DNA of 64,000 bases from Nitrospirota bacterium (GCA_049325335.1 JBMOMC010000011.1:79590-143589), one strand, 5' to 3'. Shown: positions 40,031 through 55,003, counted from the first letter of the stretch. Numbers and translations are program-made. Notes: generated by a model from the letters alone, not told the origin.

Positions 40031-41893
40031 TTACCGATGCTGCGGCAGCCATGACGAACCCGCCGCCTGCCAGCGCAATGTCCAGAGATGATAGATGGCG
40101 ACGATACCCGCCACGCAGAACCCACCCCCGATCGGCCCCCAGGTCACGTACCAGGGCATGGGCGAAAGTTTGGCCCCCAACGTGTTCCACCCCACCTCCC
40201 CAAGGATGCCGACCCAGATAAGCCACGATCCGAAAAAGGCCAACAACGCGCCCAACCAAGGACATCCGATCGAGACATGTCCCGCGCCGGGAATCACTGC
40301 CAGGAACGAGGCCCACCGGCGACGAGTCTCCCATCGGCGCGCGACTTGCGGCAGCGTGGTGCGAGGGGTCACGGTCACGCCCTTGGCGTAGGACTGCCAG
40401 CATGCCGAGCATAATTTCAGGTCGAGGAAGTACCGCTGACACCGCTGGCACACCGGCACTCCACAGGTCTCGCAGGGTGACGCCGGCTGATTGGGAAACC
40501 ATCGGCCCAACACCCAACACCCGACCACGAGCGCCAACACACCGAAGGCGACCGGGAGCGACACCTGGCGTAGGATTTCGGAGAGCGCCGCCTGGATTTG
40601 GGGAGACGACGGCCGCACTTGGCGCGCGTCGGACAAGAGCTCCGAGGTCGTGGACGGATAGTCGGTCACCAACAACAAATCGTTGCGACGCGCGCGTTCC
40701 GCGTACCGATCGAGTAGCCGCGCGTTGATGGCTCGCGCCTGCTGGAAGTGGGTTTCACCCTCTTCAAACCGAAGGTCGGCCCGCTGCGCCTGGCTGAGGT
40801 TATAGAGCACCGCTACGGAATCGGGAGCCGTGGCCAGCGCGCGTTCATACAAGGACGCCGCGTCCGCATACTCCCCGCGCCGAAACCGGAGATTGCCGTA
40901 TTGCGTGAGCACGCGCGGGTCGGCCGGCCACCGGACTACCGCTTCCTCGAACAACGTCCTCGCGTCGTCGATCCGACCGGAGTTTTCCAGCGCAGAGGCG
41001 CGAGCCGCAGCGCCTCGTGGCGAGTCCACGAGGTCGGCCTCCACCAATGCCCTGGACGGATCCCGGCCTTCCGCGACCTCCACCGCCAGGCGGAATTCCG
41101 CACTTTGATCGGCGATGAATAGCGGGACGGCGTACGGGAGCGCAACGGCCGCTGCCAGGCCGATCCCGGCCACGACGGTGACTACCACGCGTTCACGTCG
41201 GGACAGGAACCACCAGACGACGACTCCTGGCGCGAGCATGAACCACGCGCCCCACCGAACCGCCGCGAGCGGCGCGACAACCGTCCAGGCCGCGACGAGC
41301 CACGCGGTCGGCCGGAACAGTCGGTGTCCGCTCCATTCAATTATCAAGTGCCCTAATAACGGAATTGCCCGGATCATCAATACCGCCATGACGACGGCCG
41401 TTGCGGATAGGAGGCTGAGGATCGCCGCGGCCATCCATCGGTTGATTCGATAGAGCAACGACCAAAAATCTCGGTAAGAAGCCGTCAACCCCGACGCCCA
41501 TTCCGTCACCCCGTCGACGACGTCGGGATTCGACCCGGTGAAGGACACCGCGGCCAACCACGCATGGGGGCCCGCCGAGTTCGGCGACAACGCGGCGGCC
41601 ATTCGCGCGAGGTCGGTCGCCGCGTCGGTGTTTCCCCGCGCCAACAACACATCCGCGTCGCGCAGCATGACGAAACTCAGGGAGGGAAACTGATCAATGG
41701 CGCTCGCGCGCGCGGCCTCGGACACCGACCGCGCGGCCGTGACAACTTCACGGTCGTCGGTCGCGGACGCGACCACGGCGCGATAGGCCGCCCAGGCGTC
41801 TTGGAGGGCTTGGGGTTGGTCGGCGAGACCCTGCGCCGGAAGAGCCCACGTCGCGAGCAGCGTCAGGCAGATCGCGAGCGTTCGGCGCATCAT
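40031..41893 (-). CDS. Membrane TPR protein with Cys-rich Zn-binding motif
   Basis: Signal peptide, TPR-like helices, several TMs, CETC..CQRC..CSAC, VIPGAGH. Confidence 0.8.
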   Translation of the reverse strand: MMRRTLAICLTLLATWALPAQGLADQPQALQDAWAAYRAVVASATDDREVVTAARSVSEAARASAIDQFPSLSFVMLRDADVLLARGNTDAATDLARMAAALSPNSAGPHAWLAAVSFTGSNPDVVDGVTEWASGLTASYRDFWSLLYRINRWMAAAILSLLSATAVVMAVLMIRAIPLLGHLIIEWSGHRLFRPTAWLVAAWTVVAPLAAVRWGAWFMLAPGVVVWWFLSRRERVVVTVVAGIGLAAAVALPYAVPLFIADQSAEFRLAVEVAEGRDPSRALVEADLVDSPRGAAARASALENSGRIDDARTLFEEAVVRWPADPRVLTQYGNLRFRRGEYADAASLYERALATAPDSVAVLYNLSQAQRADLRFEEGETHFQQARAINARLLDRYAERARRNDLLLVTDYPSTTSELLSDARQVRPSSPQIQAALSEILRQVSLPVAFGVLALVVGCWVLGRWFPNQPASPCETCGVPVCQRCQRYFLDLKLCSACWQSYAKGVTVTPRTTLPQVARRWETRRRWASFLAVIPGAGHVSIGCPWLGALLAFFGSWLIWVGILGEVGWNTLGAKLSPMPWYVTWGPIGGGFCVAGIVAIYHLWTLRWQAAGSSWLPQHR

Positions 41894-42507
41894 TCCGCGC
41901 GTCGTCCGATCGGAGATTCCGCGCCCCGCACCAGGCGCCGAATGTTGTCGTGGTGGCGAATGACGATCGCCGAAGCGACGATGACCGCGAACACCTGAAT
42001 CGACCGTCGGTCCATCACCAGGACCGCGACCGGCAGCGTCAGCGCCGCGGTGACGCTGGCCAACGATACGTAGCGAAATGCGGCTAACATCACGCTCCAC
42101 ACTCCCAACACCCCCAGGGCGACGCCCGGCGCGAGTGCGGCCAACGCGCCGATACCGGTCGCCACGCCTTTGCCCCCTCGAAACCTCGTCCAGGCCGGAA
42201 ACGTGTGCCCCAACACCACCGCGATCCCCGCGAACTCCGCCCACCGCTGCGGGTCTTCGGCAGTTAACCACCAGGCGGCCCAAACCGCCACCGCGCCTTT
42301 TCCGGCATCGAATGCCAGCGTCACGGCCGCCGCCCATTTCCCCGCGACCCGTAAGACGTTCGTGCTCCCGATATTGCCGCTTCCCTTCGTCCGGGGATCG
42401 GCGGCGCCGACCCACTTGGCGACCAACACGCCGAACGGAATCGTGCCAATGATATACGCGAACAGCGTAATCGCCAAGCCGACCCACGGCCACGATCCCG
42501 ACGTCAT
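41890..42507 (-). CDS. plsY: Glycerol-3-phosphate acyltransferase
   Basis: GTIPFG, GSGNIGSTNVLR, GHTFP..FRGGKGVAT, RHHDNIRRL. Confidence 0.95.
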   Translation of the reverse strand: MTSGSWPWVGLAITLFAYIIGTIPFGVLVAKWVGAADPRTKGSGNIGSTNVLRVAGKWAAAVTLAFDAGKGAVAVWAAWWLTAEDPQRWAEFAGIAVVLGHTFPAWTRFRGGKGVATGIGALAALAPGVALGVLGVWSVMLAAFRYVSLASVTAALTLPVAVLVMDRRSIQVFAVIVASAIVIRHHDNIRRLVRGAESPIGRRAE

Positions 42508-43073
42508 GACGGTGCGGTTGAGCCGAGCGTGCGGCGATACGCGGTCGCGTATTGCCATCCGGAGACGAGCGCCAGCGCCGTGGCCGCGAGCAGCAGGCCC
42601 ACGCCGACGCGATGCCCCCACGCGGGCAAGGTCGGCTCCAAAATCAACACGAGCACCGCGGCCGTTTGCGCGCCCATTTTCCATTTCCCGAGGCGATCGG
42701 CCGGGATCACGTGTCCGGCAATCGCGGCGACGGCCCGTAACGCGGTCACGGCAAACTCCCGAGCGAGCAAGATGATGACCAGCCACCCCGGGGCGCGGCT
42801 CGCTTCCACCAGAACCACCAAAGCGGCCAGGACCAGCACTTTATCCGCAATGGGATCCAGCAATTTGCCGAAGTCGGTGATCTCTTGGCGACGGCGCGCC
42901 AGGTACCCGTCCAACCAGTCGGTTATAGACGCCACCGCGAAGACCGCCGCGGATACCACCGCGATGGATGGCGACTGATCAACGAGAAACAACGCCACGA
43001 ACACCGGGATCAATCCGATGCGCGATAACGTCAGGACGTTAGGCACATTTAGTGGATGTCCGCCGCGGCTCAT
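42504..43073 (-). CDS. pgsA: CDP-diacylglycerol-glycerol-3-phosphate 3-phosphatidyltransferase
   Basis: PNVLTLSR, TDWLDGYLAR..TDFGKLLDPIADK, GKWK. Confidence 0.95.
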   Translation of the reverse strand: MSRGGHPLNVPNVLTLSRIGLIPVFVALFLVDQSPSIAVVSAAVFAVASITDWLDGYLARRRQEITDFGKLLDPIADKVLVLAALVVLVEASRAPGWLVIILLAREFAVTALRAVAAIAGHVIPADRLGKWKMGAQTAAVLVLILEPTLPAWGHRVGVGLLLAATALALVSGWQYATAYRRTLGSTAPS

Positions 43074-44035
43074 GCTGGAAGCGTGCCGGCTGAGGTCCGG
43101 CTGGGTGAGGTCCGGTCCTCGGCGCGCAACGACGACGCATCGGGGCGCCGTTTCCATCGCCGGTGGAACCAAATCCATTGATCCGGGTGCGCGCGGATGT
43201 GCCGCTCGATCATCCGCGTCAAGCGCGCGGTGTTCTCGACCACGTCCCGGTCGGGATCGTCGGTTCGCGTCAACTCGATCGGTCCTTCCAGCAGCACCCG
43301 GTGCCGCGAGGCGCCTTCCCGGACCAGAAAGCCGCAGACCACCCGCGCGTCCGTGCGAAGGGCCAAGGCTGCGGCCCCCACCGGCGTATGCGCGAGGCGC
43401 CCGAAGAACGGGACAAACGCGCCGTCCACGTCGGTGTCCTGGTCGATCAACATGCCCAACACCCCGTTACGGCGAAGCGACGACAGGAGTTGCCGTCCGG
43501 CGGATGCGCTTCCGCGATGAATGGTTTCGATGCCGTGTGCCGCGCGCGCGCCGACCAGTCGCCGATCGATCCGCTCATCGTACACCGGCGTGGCCACCAC
43601 CGACAGCGGATACCCGCGACGCGCCACCACGGCCGCCAACAGTTCCCAATTACCGGTATGGCCGGTCACGAAAATGACGCCTCGTCCCGCGGACAGGGCT
43701 GCGTGAAGCCGTTCCTCACCGTCAAACGCGCACCGTCGTTCCACCGGCGTACGGGGCCGGCGCCACAACATCAGAAGTTCCATGGCGCCACGGCCAAGAT
43801 TGACCAACGAGAGTCGGCCCACGCGCGCTCGGTCCGCATCGGTCAACTCGGGTAATGCGGCGGCCAGATTGTCGAGCGCGAGCCGTCGCGCGGACGGCAG
43901 CGCGTACCACGCCAGGGTGCCGAGCCCTCCGCCGACGGCGACGCCCATCCGCCAGGGGATGAGCGCGGCCGTTGCCGAGGCGGCGTCGAGCGCGACGACG
44001 ATCAGGGACCTGATCAGCCGTTGTCCCGTTCTCAC
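43070..44035 (-). CDS. lpxL: Lipid A late acyltransferase (HtrB/LpxL family)
   Basis: TGHTGNWEL, LIDQD, VPFFG, PDQWIWFHRRWK. Confidence 0.85.
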   Translation of the reverse strand: MRTGQRLIRSLIVVALDAASATAALIPWRMGVAVGGGLGTLAWYALPSARRLALDNLAAALPELTDADRARVGRLSLVNLGRGAMELLMLWRRPRTPVERRCAFDGEERLHAALSAGRGVIFVTGHTGNWELLAAVVARRGYPLSVVATPVYDERIDRRLVGARAAHGIETIHRGSASAGRQLLSSLRRNGVLGMLIDQDTDVDGAFVPFFGRLAHTPVGAAALALRTDARVVCGFLVREGASRHRVLLEGPIELTRTDDPDRDVVENTARLTRMIERHIRAHPDQWIWFHRRWKRRPDASSLRAEDRTSPSRTSAGTLPA

Positions 44036-44547
44036 CGCGCCTTCACCCGTCGGGCGCGCAGCAACAGATCGGCGACTTCACGCACCGCGCCCTCCCCGCC
44101 TCGGCGCGCGGTCACGTAGTGGGCCGCGCGTTTGGCCGCGTCGTGCCCGTTGCGAACCGTCAACGCCAACCCGACGCGTTGGAGGACCGGCACGTCCGGA
44201 GCGTCGTCTCCCATATACGCGACCTGTCGGTCCGAGAGGCCGCGGCGCGCGAGCAGCGATTCGTAGACGCTCAACTTATCCTCCGCGCCTTGGTGCACCT
44301 CCACGAGTCCGAGTTCCTGGGCCCGACGATCCACGATCGCGGAGCTCCGCCCGCTGAGGATGCCCACGTCGATGCCAGCGGCCGCGAGCGCTTTGATGCC
44401 GTGACCGTCATGGATATGAAAGGACTTGATTTCCCGTCCGTCGCTCGTAAACGTCACGAGTCCGTCGGTTAAGACGCCGTCCACGTCCAGGAGGAGGAAG
44501 GAGACGGCTTGGGCTTGAACGGAAAGTCGTCGCGACCAGGCACCCAT
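44032..44547 (-). CDS. kdsC: KDO 8-phosphate phosphatase
   Basis: LDVDGVLTDG, DGHGI, YMGDD, GGEGAVRE. Confidence 0.95.
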   Translation of the reverse strand: MGAWSRRLSVQAQAVSFLLLDVDGVLTDGLVTFTSDGREIKSFHIHDGHGIKALAAAGIDVGILSGRSSAIVDRRAQELGLVEVHQGAEDKLSVYESLLARRGLSDRQVAYMGDDAPDVPVLQRVGLALTVRNGHDAAKRAAHYVTARRGGEGAVREVADLLLRARRVKAR

Positions 44548-44555
44548 TGTACTGG

Positions 44556-45514
44556 TCAGGCGATGCCGGCTTTCAACAGATCGTGCAAGTGAACCACGCC
44601 GATGACCTGATGGTTCGAATCCGTCACCACGAGAGCCGTAATCGAAAATCGTTCCATCACCGCCAGGGCCTCCGCGGCCAAGGCCGATGCGTGGATGGTC
44701 TTGGGACGACCCGTCATGACCTCGCGGGCTTTCCGGCGCAGGATGTCGTCGCCGCCCTTTTCGAGCACGCGCCGTAGGTCGCCGTCCGTGACGACTCCCA
44801 GCAACCGGCCGTCCGAATCCACCACCGTGGTCATACCGAGTTTTTTGGAACCGATTTCGTAGATCACGTCGCGAAGCACGGCATCGGCCGCCACGCGGGG
44901 GATCAGCGCGTCGCGGTGCATGAGCTGCTCGACCGTCAGCAACAGGCGCCGTCCCAACGCGCCGCCGGGATGATAGCGCGCGAAATCATCCGGCTGAACG
45001 CCGCGGTGCTCCAACAGCGCCATGGCCAACGCGTCGCCGAGCGCCAGGGCTGCTGTGGTGCTCGACGTGGGCGCGAGCGAGAGCGGACAGGCTTCTTCGG
45101 CTACGCTCACGTCCAGGACCACATCGCTGGCTGCGGCCAACGAGGAACGTGGCTTGCCGGTCAGGCTGATCAACGCGAGGTTCATGCGTTTGATCGCGGG
45201 CAAGATGGCCAGGAGTTCCTCGGTCTCTCCGCTGTTGGAGAGCGCCACCACTACGTCTCCGCGCGACAACATACCAAGGTCCCCGTGAATCCCTTCCGCG
45301 GGATGGAGAAAGGCGGCCGGCACGCCGATACTCGCGAGCGTGGCCGCCATCTTTCTGGCGATATGACCGGACTTGCCCATCCCGGTGACGATGACCCGGC
45401 CGTTGCAGTCGTTGAGCACCCGCACCGCGCGTTCGAACCGTTCGTCGAGCCGGTCCATCAACGCCAGAATCGCCTTGGCCTCAATTTCGAGGACCTGCCG
45501 GCCTCTGGCGAGAA

Positions 45515-45518
<4 letters not shown>
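44556..45518 (-). CDS. kdsD: Arabinose-5-phosphate isomerase (KpsF/GutQ)
   Basis: GMGKSGH, HGDLG, SNSGET, EACP..LAPT, HPGGALG, CBS pair. Confidence 0.95.
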
Positions 45519-48156
<2,638 letters not shown>

Positions 48157-48166
48157 TTAACAAGTC

Positions 48167-48916
48167 TCATACGGCCCGCGCACCTTCCATTCTGACGCGC
48201 TCCAAGTCTTCCTGGGTGTTGACCTCTTGCGTGGATTCCGCGGTCACCATCACGCGGATGGGGCACCCCTGCTCCAACGCGCGCAGTTGTTCCAGCTTCT
48301 CGAGGTCTTCGAGTCGTCCCTTGGGCCATGCCGAGAATTCCAACAAGGTATCACGACGATACCCGTACAGCCCGAAGTGCTGATAATACGTATCCTCGGG
48401 CGGCGCGTCGAGCCCACGGTCCGCGCGATCGCGGATGTGCGGGATCGGCGCGCGAGAGAAATACAACGCGTTGCCGCGACGGTCCATCACAACCTTAACC
48501 ACGTTGGGATTGTACACGTCCGCGGCGTCGGTGATCTCCCGCGCCAACGTGGAGAGACGCACCGCGTGATCGTCGAACGCGCGGATGACCGTTTCGATCA
48601 TCGCCGGCGGCGCGAACGGCAAATCGCCCTGTAGGTTCACGTAGACGTCCGCGTGATAGCGACGGGCGACCTCCGCCAATCGATCGGTCCCGCTCTGGTG
48701 CGCGTCCGACGTCATCACCGCGCGTCCGCCGAAGGATTCCACCGCGGCCGCGATCCGTTCGTCGTCCGTGGCCACGAACACGTCGTCCACCCCGCGCGCG
48801 GCGCGCCCCTGCTCCCACACCCGCTGGATCATGGATTTTCCATTGATATCGGCCAAGGGTTTGGCCGGCAACCGGGTGGACGCGTAGCGCGCCGGAATCA
48901 CGACCAGGACCTTCAC
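48167..48916 (-). CDS. kdsB: CMP-KDO synthetase
   Basis: IPARYASTRLPAKPL, SGTDRL, VNLQGD, YFSRAPIP, EKLEQLRALE. Confidence 0.96.
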   Translation of the reverse strand: MKVLVVIPARYASTRLPAKPLADINGKSMIQRVWEQGRAARGVDDVFVATDDERIAAAVESFGGRAVMTSDAHQSGTDRLAEVARRYHADVYVNLQGDLPFAPPAMIETVIRAFDDHAVRLSTLAREITDAADVYNPNVVKVVMDRRGNALYFSRAPIPHIRDRADRGLDAPPEDTYYQHFGLYGYRRDTLLEFSAWPKGRLEDLEKLEQLRALEQGCPIRVMVTAESTQEVNTQEDLERVRMEGARAV

Positions 48917-49917
48917 CCCGCGCCTCCGGCCAGAAATTCATCGAGTTGCCGGCGCAGCGCCTCCGGCGTCACCGCCGCGGTGCCGACCACGCCCACGACA
49001 TAGCCGGCCGCGCAGTTGGCGAGGCGCGCCGCGTCGGCCAACGGCGCGCCGATCGAGCGCGCGGCCGCCAACGCGGCGATCACCGTGTCGCCCGCGCCGG
49101 TCACATCGAACACCTGTTGGGCCACGGTCGGGATGTGGGTGACGCCGCCATCTTGTTCGAACAACGACATACCGTGTTCGCCACGTGTGACCAGCACCGC
49201 CCCGGCTCCGAGGCGTTCCAACAGCACGCGTCCGGCCCGCGCCAGTGTTTCGCCATCCACGATGTCCACACCGCTGGCCTGGGACGCTTCGAGGTGGTTC
49301 GGGGTGACCACGTGCACGCCGGAGAAACACGCCATGTTCGAGACCTTGGGGTCCACGAGGATCTCGACGCCGCGGCGCGCGGCCGCGCGCCGCACGCGAT
49401 CCATCAACTCGGACGAGACCACCCCCTTGGCGTAATCCGAGACCACCAGACAGTTGGCCTCGTCCAAACGAACCTCCACCGCGTCGATCAACGCGTCGCG
49501 CGTTTTGGCGAGCAGGGGCGCGCGCCGCTCGCGATCCACGCGCACGACTTGTTGTTGGTGGGCGATGACCCGGGTCTTCTGCGAGGTGGGCCGTGCGCTC
49601 TCGGCCAGGACGCCGTCCACCGAGGCGCCGCGGGCGCGCAGCAGATCGAGCAGGGCGGCTCCCGGCGCGTCGTCTCCGACCACGCCGCACAACGAGACCG
49701 ACGCGCCCAGCGACAGCAGGTTCAGGAACACGTTGCCGGCCCCGCCGAGCAGGACCGACTCGGACGTGACCTCGACTACCGGCACCGGAGCTTCCGGCGA
49801 AATCCGCGAGACGCGGCCCCAGATAAAGCGATCCAACATCAAATCGCCCAGGACCACCACCCGAGCCCGCGAGAGATCCGCCGCCAACCTGCGCAATCGC
49901 GTCGCGTCCACCGTCAC
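48913..49917 (-). CDS. rfaE1: D-glycero-beta-D-manno-heptose-7-phosphate kinase
   Basis: GDLMLD..RISPEAPVPV, GGAGNV, SDYAKG, DVTGAGDT. Confidence 0.93.
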   Translation of the reverse strand: MTVDATRLRRLAADLSRARVVVLGDLMLDRFIWGRVSRISPEAPVPVVEVTSESVLLGGAGNVFLNLLSLGASVSLCGVVGDDAPGAALLDLLRARGASVDGVLAESARPTSQKTRVIAHQQQVVRVDRERRAPLLAKTRDALIDAVEVRLDEANCLVVSDYAKGVVSSELMDRVRRAAARRGVEILVDPKVSNMACFSGVHVVTPNHLEASQASGVDIVDGETLARAGRVLLERLGAGAVLVTRGEHGMSLFEQDGGVTHIPTVAQQVFDVTGAGDTVIAALAAARSIGAPLADAARLANCAAGYVVGVVGTAAVTPEALRRQLDEFLAGGAG

Positions 49918-49993
49918 GTCGAGTCGCTCCCCTGTTGGATCACGGCGGCCACAGTCGGCATCAGGTCGCGACCGCAGCGTACCACACTTGGGC

Positions 49994-50599
49994 TCACTGA
50001 ATCACCCGTCCGATGCGGGACCACCGCACCCATGTGTCCGCGCCGTCCCAGGACCAATAGATCAGGAACGCCTTGCCGCGGATCTTGTTGAGCTTCACGA
50101 ACCCCCAGAAGCGGCTGTCGAGGCTTTGATCGCGGTTATCGCCCATCACAAAATACGAATCCGGCGGGACCGTGACCGGCCCGTAGTTATCGCGTCGGTC
50201 ACGGTTGACCGAGGGATCCACGTGTTGGATGTGCGTGGTGTCCGCCAGCTTGCCGTTGACGTAGACCGTTTTGTCTCGGACCTCCACGACGTCCCCCGGC
50301 GTCCCGACCACGCGTTTAATAAAGTCCTTGCTCTCGTCCTCCGGGTACTTGAAGACCACGATGTCTCCATGTTCGGGCGTTGAAACCGGCACCACGATGT
50401 AATCCGTGAACGGCAGTTTGACCCCGTACACGAATTTGTTGACCAGAATGTGGTCGCCGATCGACAACGTGGGGATCATGGACCCGGAGGGGATCTTAAA
50501 CGCCTGGACCACGAACGTGCGGATCGCCAACGCCAGCAGGATCGCCAGGGCGAACGCTTCCGCGTACTCGCGGATGATCGATTTGTTCCGCGTCGCCAT
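49994..50599 (-). CDS. lepB: Signal peptidase I
   Basis: IPSGSMIPTL, FIKRVVG, MGDNRDQSLDSRFWG. Confidence 0.96.
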   Translation of the reverse strand: MATRNKSIIREYAEAFALAILLALAIRTFVVQAFKIPSGSMIPTLSIGDHILVNKFVYGVKLPFTDYIVVPVSTPEHGDIVVFKYPEDESKDFIKRVVGTPGDVVEVRDKTVYVNGKLADTTHIQHVDPSVNRDRRDNYGPVTVPPDSYFVMGDNRDQSLDSRFWGFVKLNKIRGKAFLIYWSWDGADTWVRWSRIGRVIQ

Positions 50600-50607
50600 A
50601 CGCGGCG

Positions 50608-52404
<1,797 letters not shown>

Positions 52405-52548
52405 CGGGATTCTTCACGGCCTGCTGAAAAAATCAACGAATTATAGGAAGTCGGCGGGTCAAAGTCAAAAAACGCAGCGCCGCACGCGGGTTGTCTTGAC
52501 AGGTCGCGTTTGTCGGATATGCTGGATCTCACGCGGCGAGGGACACGG

Positions 52549-52824
52549 ATGAGTCCAGAAGAACGTGATCGCATCAAAAAGTTGGTCCGGGAGTTGTCGC
52601 AGTGCGTGAACGCGGCGCTGACCGATTCCGGCGACGTTAAAGATGCGCTCAAGGATATTGAAGAAGAGGGCTACCAGGTGGATCTGTTGTTTGCGCTTTT
52701 TACCAGAATCCTACGCAAAAAAGACGAGCAGCCGCAGCTTGAAGCCCCGCCCCTTTCATCCGACGAAACCCCGTTCGACGATCAATTCCTCAAAACTTTG
52801 CGGTTGAACTGGTCCGATCAGTAG
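52549..52824 (+). CDS. Small acidic hypothetical protein
   Basis: GAGGGA RBS; TTGACA-N16-TATGCT promoter at 52496-52523; helical protein ending DDQFLKTLRL. Confidence 0.7.
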   Translation: MSPEERDRIKKLVRELSQCVNAALTDSGDVKDALKDIEEEGYQVDLLFALFTRILRKKDEQPQLEAPPLSSDETPFDDQFLKTLRLNWSDQ

Positions 52825-52871
52825 GAGCGCCTCGGCGTTACGGTCTTCCAGCAACCGCCGTCCGATCGGAC

Positions 52872-53312
52872 TTACACGGGGCGGTCGGCTTCTCGTTCCA
52901 AGAGATTGAGGCAGTACTTCAGGATATCCTGTTCGGAAATAATTCCGACCAGCGCCTCCTCGCGTCCCAGCACGGGCAGTCCGCTGATCTTATGTTTGAT
53001 CATTAAGGCGATGGCGTCTTGCGCGGGTTGGCTCTCGCGGATCGTAATGGCGTTTAAGGTCATGACTTCTTCCACCGGCAGGTGCAGGTAGGCGTCATCC
53101 GCCGCGGTTTTTTCGAGCTTCACGGTGGGCCGCGCGGCCATCCGCCGCACGTCGCGGTCGGAGACGATGCCCACGAGCTTCCCGTCTCGAATCACCGGCA
53201 ATCGCCGGACGTCGTACCGCGCCATGAGCTCCACGGCCTTGCCCACGGTTTGGCCGTGAGTGACGGTGATGGGATTGGGCGTCATCAGTTCGTGAACCGT
53301 TGGCTGTGGCAT
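52872..53312 (-). CDS. CBS domain pair protein (AcuB-like)
   Basis: VHELMTPNPITV, RRLPV..LVGIVSDRD, ISGLPV..VGIISEQD. Confidence 0.9.
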   Translation of the reverse strand: MPQPTVHELMTPNPITVTHGQTVGKAVELMARYDVRRLPVIRDGKLVGIVSDRDVRRMAARPTVKLEKTAADDAYLHLPVEEVMTLNAITIRESQPAQDAIALMIKHKISGLPVLGREEALVGIISEQDILKYCLNLLEREADRPV

Positions 53313-53344
53313 GGCCGTCTGATCCCTTTTCTCCGACGGATGGA

Positions 53345-54952
53345 TTAGCCGATGTCCACCAGTTCGTGCTGTGGGTTTCGCTCCTGCGCGTACCGCTTCG
53401 CGACCATGTTGGGGAAGAGCACCATGGCGCGATTCAGGCGGTCTTTGACCACGATCGATGACGTGGGCGGCTTAAAGGTCTCGGGCGTGCCCTGGAGCCA
53501 CGCGCTGCACTCGAATGGGAGCGATTCCAGGGTCGTGTCCACGCCGTATTCGTGTTTGAGGCGGTACTGGAGCACGTCGAACTGCAGTCGACCCACCGCG
53601 CCGATATACCAATCCGTCTCAGTGAGGTTGCGCAGGATTTGCACGGTGCCTTCTTGCGCCATCTGGTGCATGCCCTTGTCGAAGCTCTTGCGTTTGCCCA
53701 CGTCTTTGGGAAAAATGCGGCCGAACACTTCGGGCTGGAACTGGGGCAAGGGCTTGAAATTGAACCCGTCGGTCATGGAGACCGTGTCCCCGATCGCGAA
53801 CTGTCCGGAGTTCACCACGCCCACGATATCTCCGGGGTACGCCTCATCGAGCGTGGTGCGCTCCTGCGCGACCAGGCTGTGCGGACGCGACAAGCGCACC
53901 TCGGTCCCGAGCCGGTGGTGCTTGACCACCATGCCCCGGGTGAATCGGCCGGAGCAGACGCGCAGGAACGCGGTGCTGTCGCGGTGCCGAGGATTCATGT
54001 TCGCTTGGAGTTTGAACACGTACGCGCTGAACGGGGTCGCGATCGGATCAAGCCGCACCTCGCTCCCGTCGTAGCGGACCGCCACCCGGGCGCTCGGCGA
54101 GGGCGCGAGTTCCACGAACGCGTCGAAAAAGTTTTCGATCCCGAAGTTGGTCAACGCGGACGCGAAGAACACGGGGGTGACTGCTCCTCGGAGAAACCGC
54201 TCGCGCGAAAACTGATTGCCCGCGATCTCCAATAGCTCCAGATCGTGTCGGGCTTGCGCGAGCAAGTCGGACGACACCAACGAGTCGACATCCGGGGAGT
54301 CGAACGGGATCCGTCGCATCTGCGCTTTGGTCGCGCCCCCGGCGCCGGTTTTGCTGAAGAGCAGTAGGGTCCTGGTGGGCCGATCCACCACGCCCACAAA
54401 ATCCCGCCCCGCCCCCACCGGCCAGTTGATCGCGCTGGCCTCGATCCCCAACACTCCTTCGACCTCGGCCATGAGTTCCAGCGGCGGGCGGCCGTGGAGG
54501 TCCAACTTGTTGATCAACGTGAGCACCGGAATCTGCCGCAATCGGCACACCTCGAACAGTTTGCGCGTCTGAGCTTCCACGCCCTTGGCCGCGTCGAGCA
54601 CCATGATGGCGCTGTCCGCGGCCGTGAGTGTGCGGTAGGTGTCTTCGCAGAAATCCTGGTGCCCCGGGGTATCCAGCACGTTGATCACGGTGTGTTTGTA
54701 CGTGAACTGCATGGCGGACGCGGTGATGGAGATGCCGCGCTCCTGTTCCATGCCCATCCAGTCCGAGGTGGCGAGCGCGCCGCCTTTGCGGCGGCCGACC
54801 ATACCCGCGGTCCGAATCATGCCGGAATAGAGCAGCAGTTTTTCCGTCACCGTGGTTTTGCCCGCGTCCGGATGGCTGATGATGGCGAACGTACGGCGGC
54901 GTTCGCTCGCGGCGCGCAGTTCGCCGTCGGTCTGAATCGTCGACGTGTGCAT
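53345..54952 (-). CDS. prfC: Peptide chain release factor 3
   Basis: RRTFAIISHPDAGKTT, SDWM..EQERGISI, DTPGHQDF, FASALTNFG, GAVGRLQFDV. Confidence 0.96.
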   Translation of the reverse strand: MHTSTIQTDGELRAASERRRTFAIISHPDAGKTTVTEKLLLYSGMIRTAGMVGRRKGGALATSDWMGMEQERGISITASAMQFTYKHTVINVLDTPGHQDFCEDTYRTLTAADSAIMVLDAAKGVEAQTRKLFEVCRLRQIPVLTLINKLDLHGRPPLELMAEVEGVLGIEASAINWPVGAGRDFVGVVDRPTRTLLLFSKTGAGGATKAQMRRIPFDSPDVDSLVSSDLLAQARHDLELLEIAGNQFSRERFLRGAVTPVFFASALTNFGIENFFDAFVELAPSPSARVAVRYDGSEVRLDPIATPFSAYVFKLQANMNPRHRDSTAFLRVCSGRFTRGMVVKHHRLGTEVRLSRPHSLVAQERTTLDEAYPGDIVGVVNSGQFAIGDTVSMTDGFNFKPLPQFQPEVFGRIFPKDVGKRKSFDKGMHQMAQEGTVQILRNLTETDWYIGAVGRLQFDVLQYRLKHEYGVDTTLESLPFECSAWLQGTPETFKPPTSSIVVKDRLNRAMVLFPNMVAKRYAQERNPQHELVDIG

Positions 54953-55003
54953 GACGGTCAGAATACGGGATTGAGCGAGAGGCCGTCAACGCGAACGAAC
55001 CGC

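Noticed and set aside
52415..52435. GGCCTGCTGAAAAAA upstream of lepA resembling a MITE end
   Set aside because: No partner inverted end was found; it probably belongs to the divergent promoter region.
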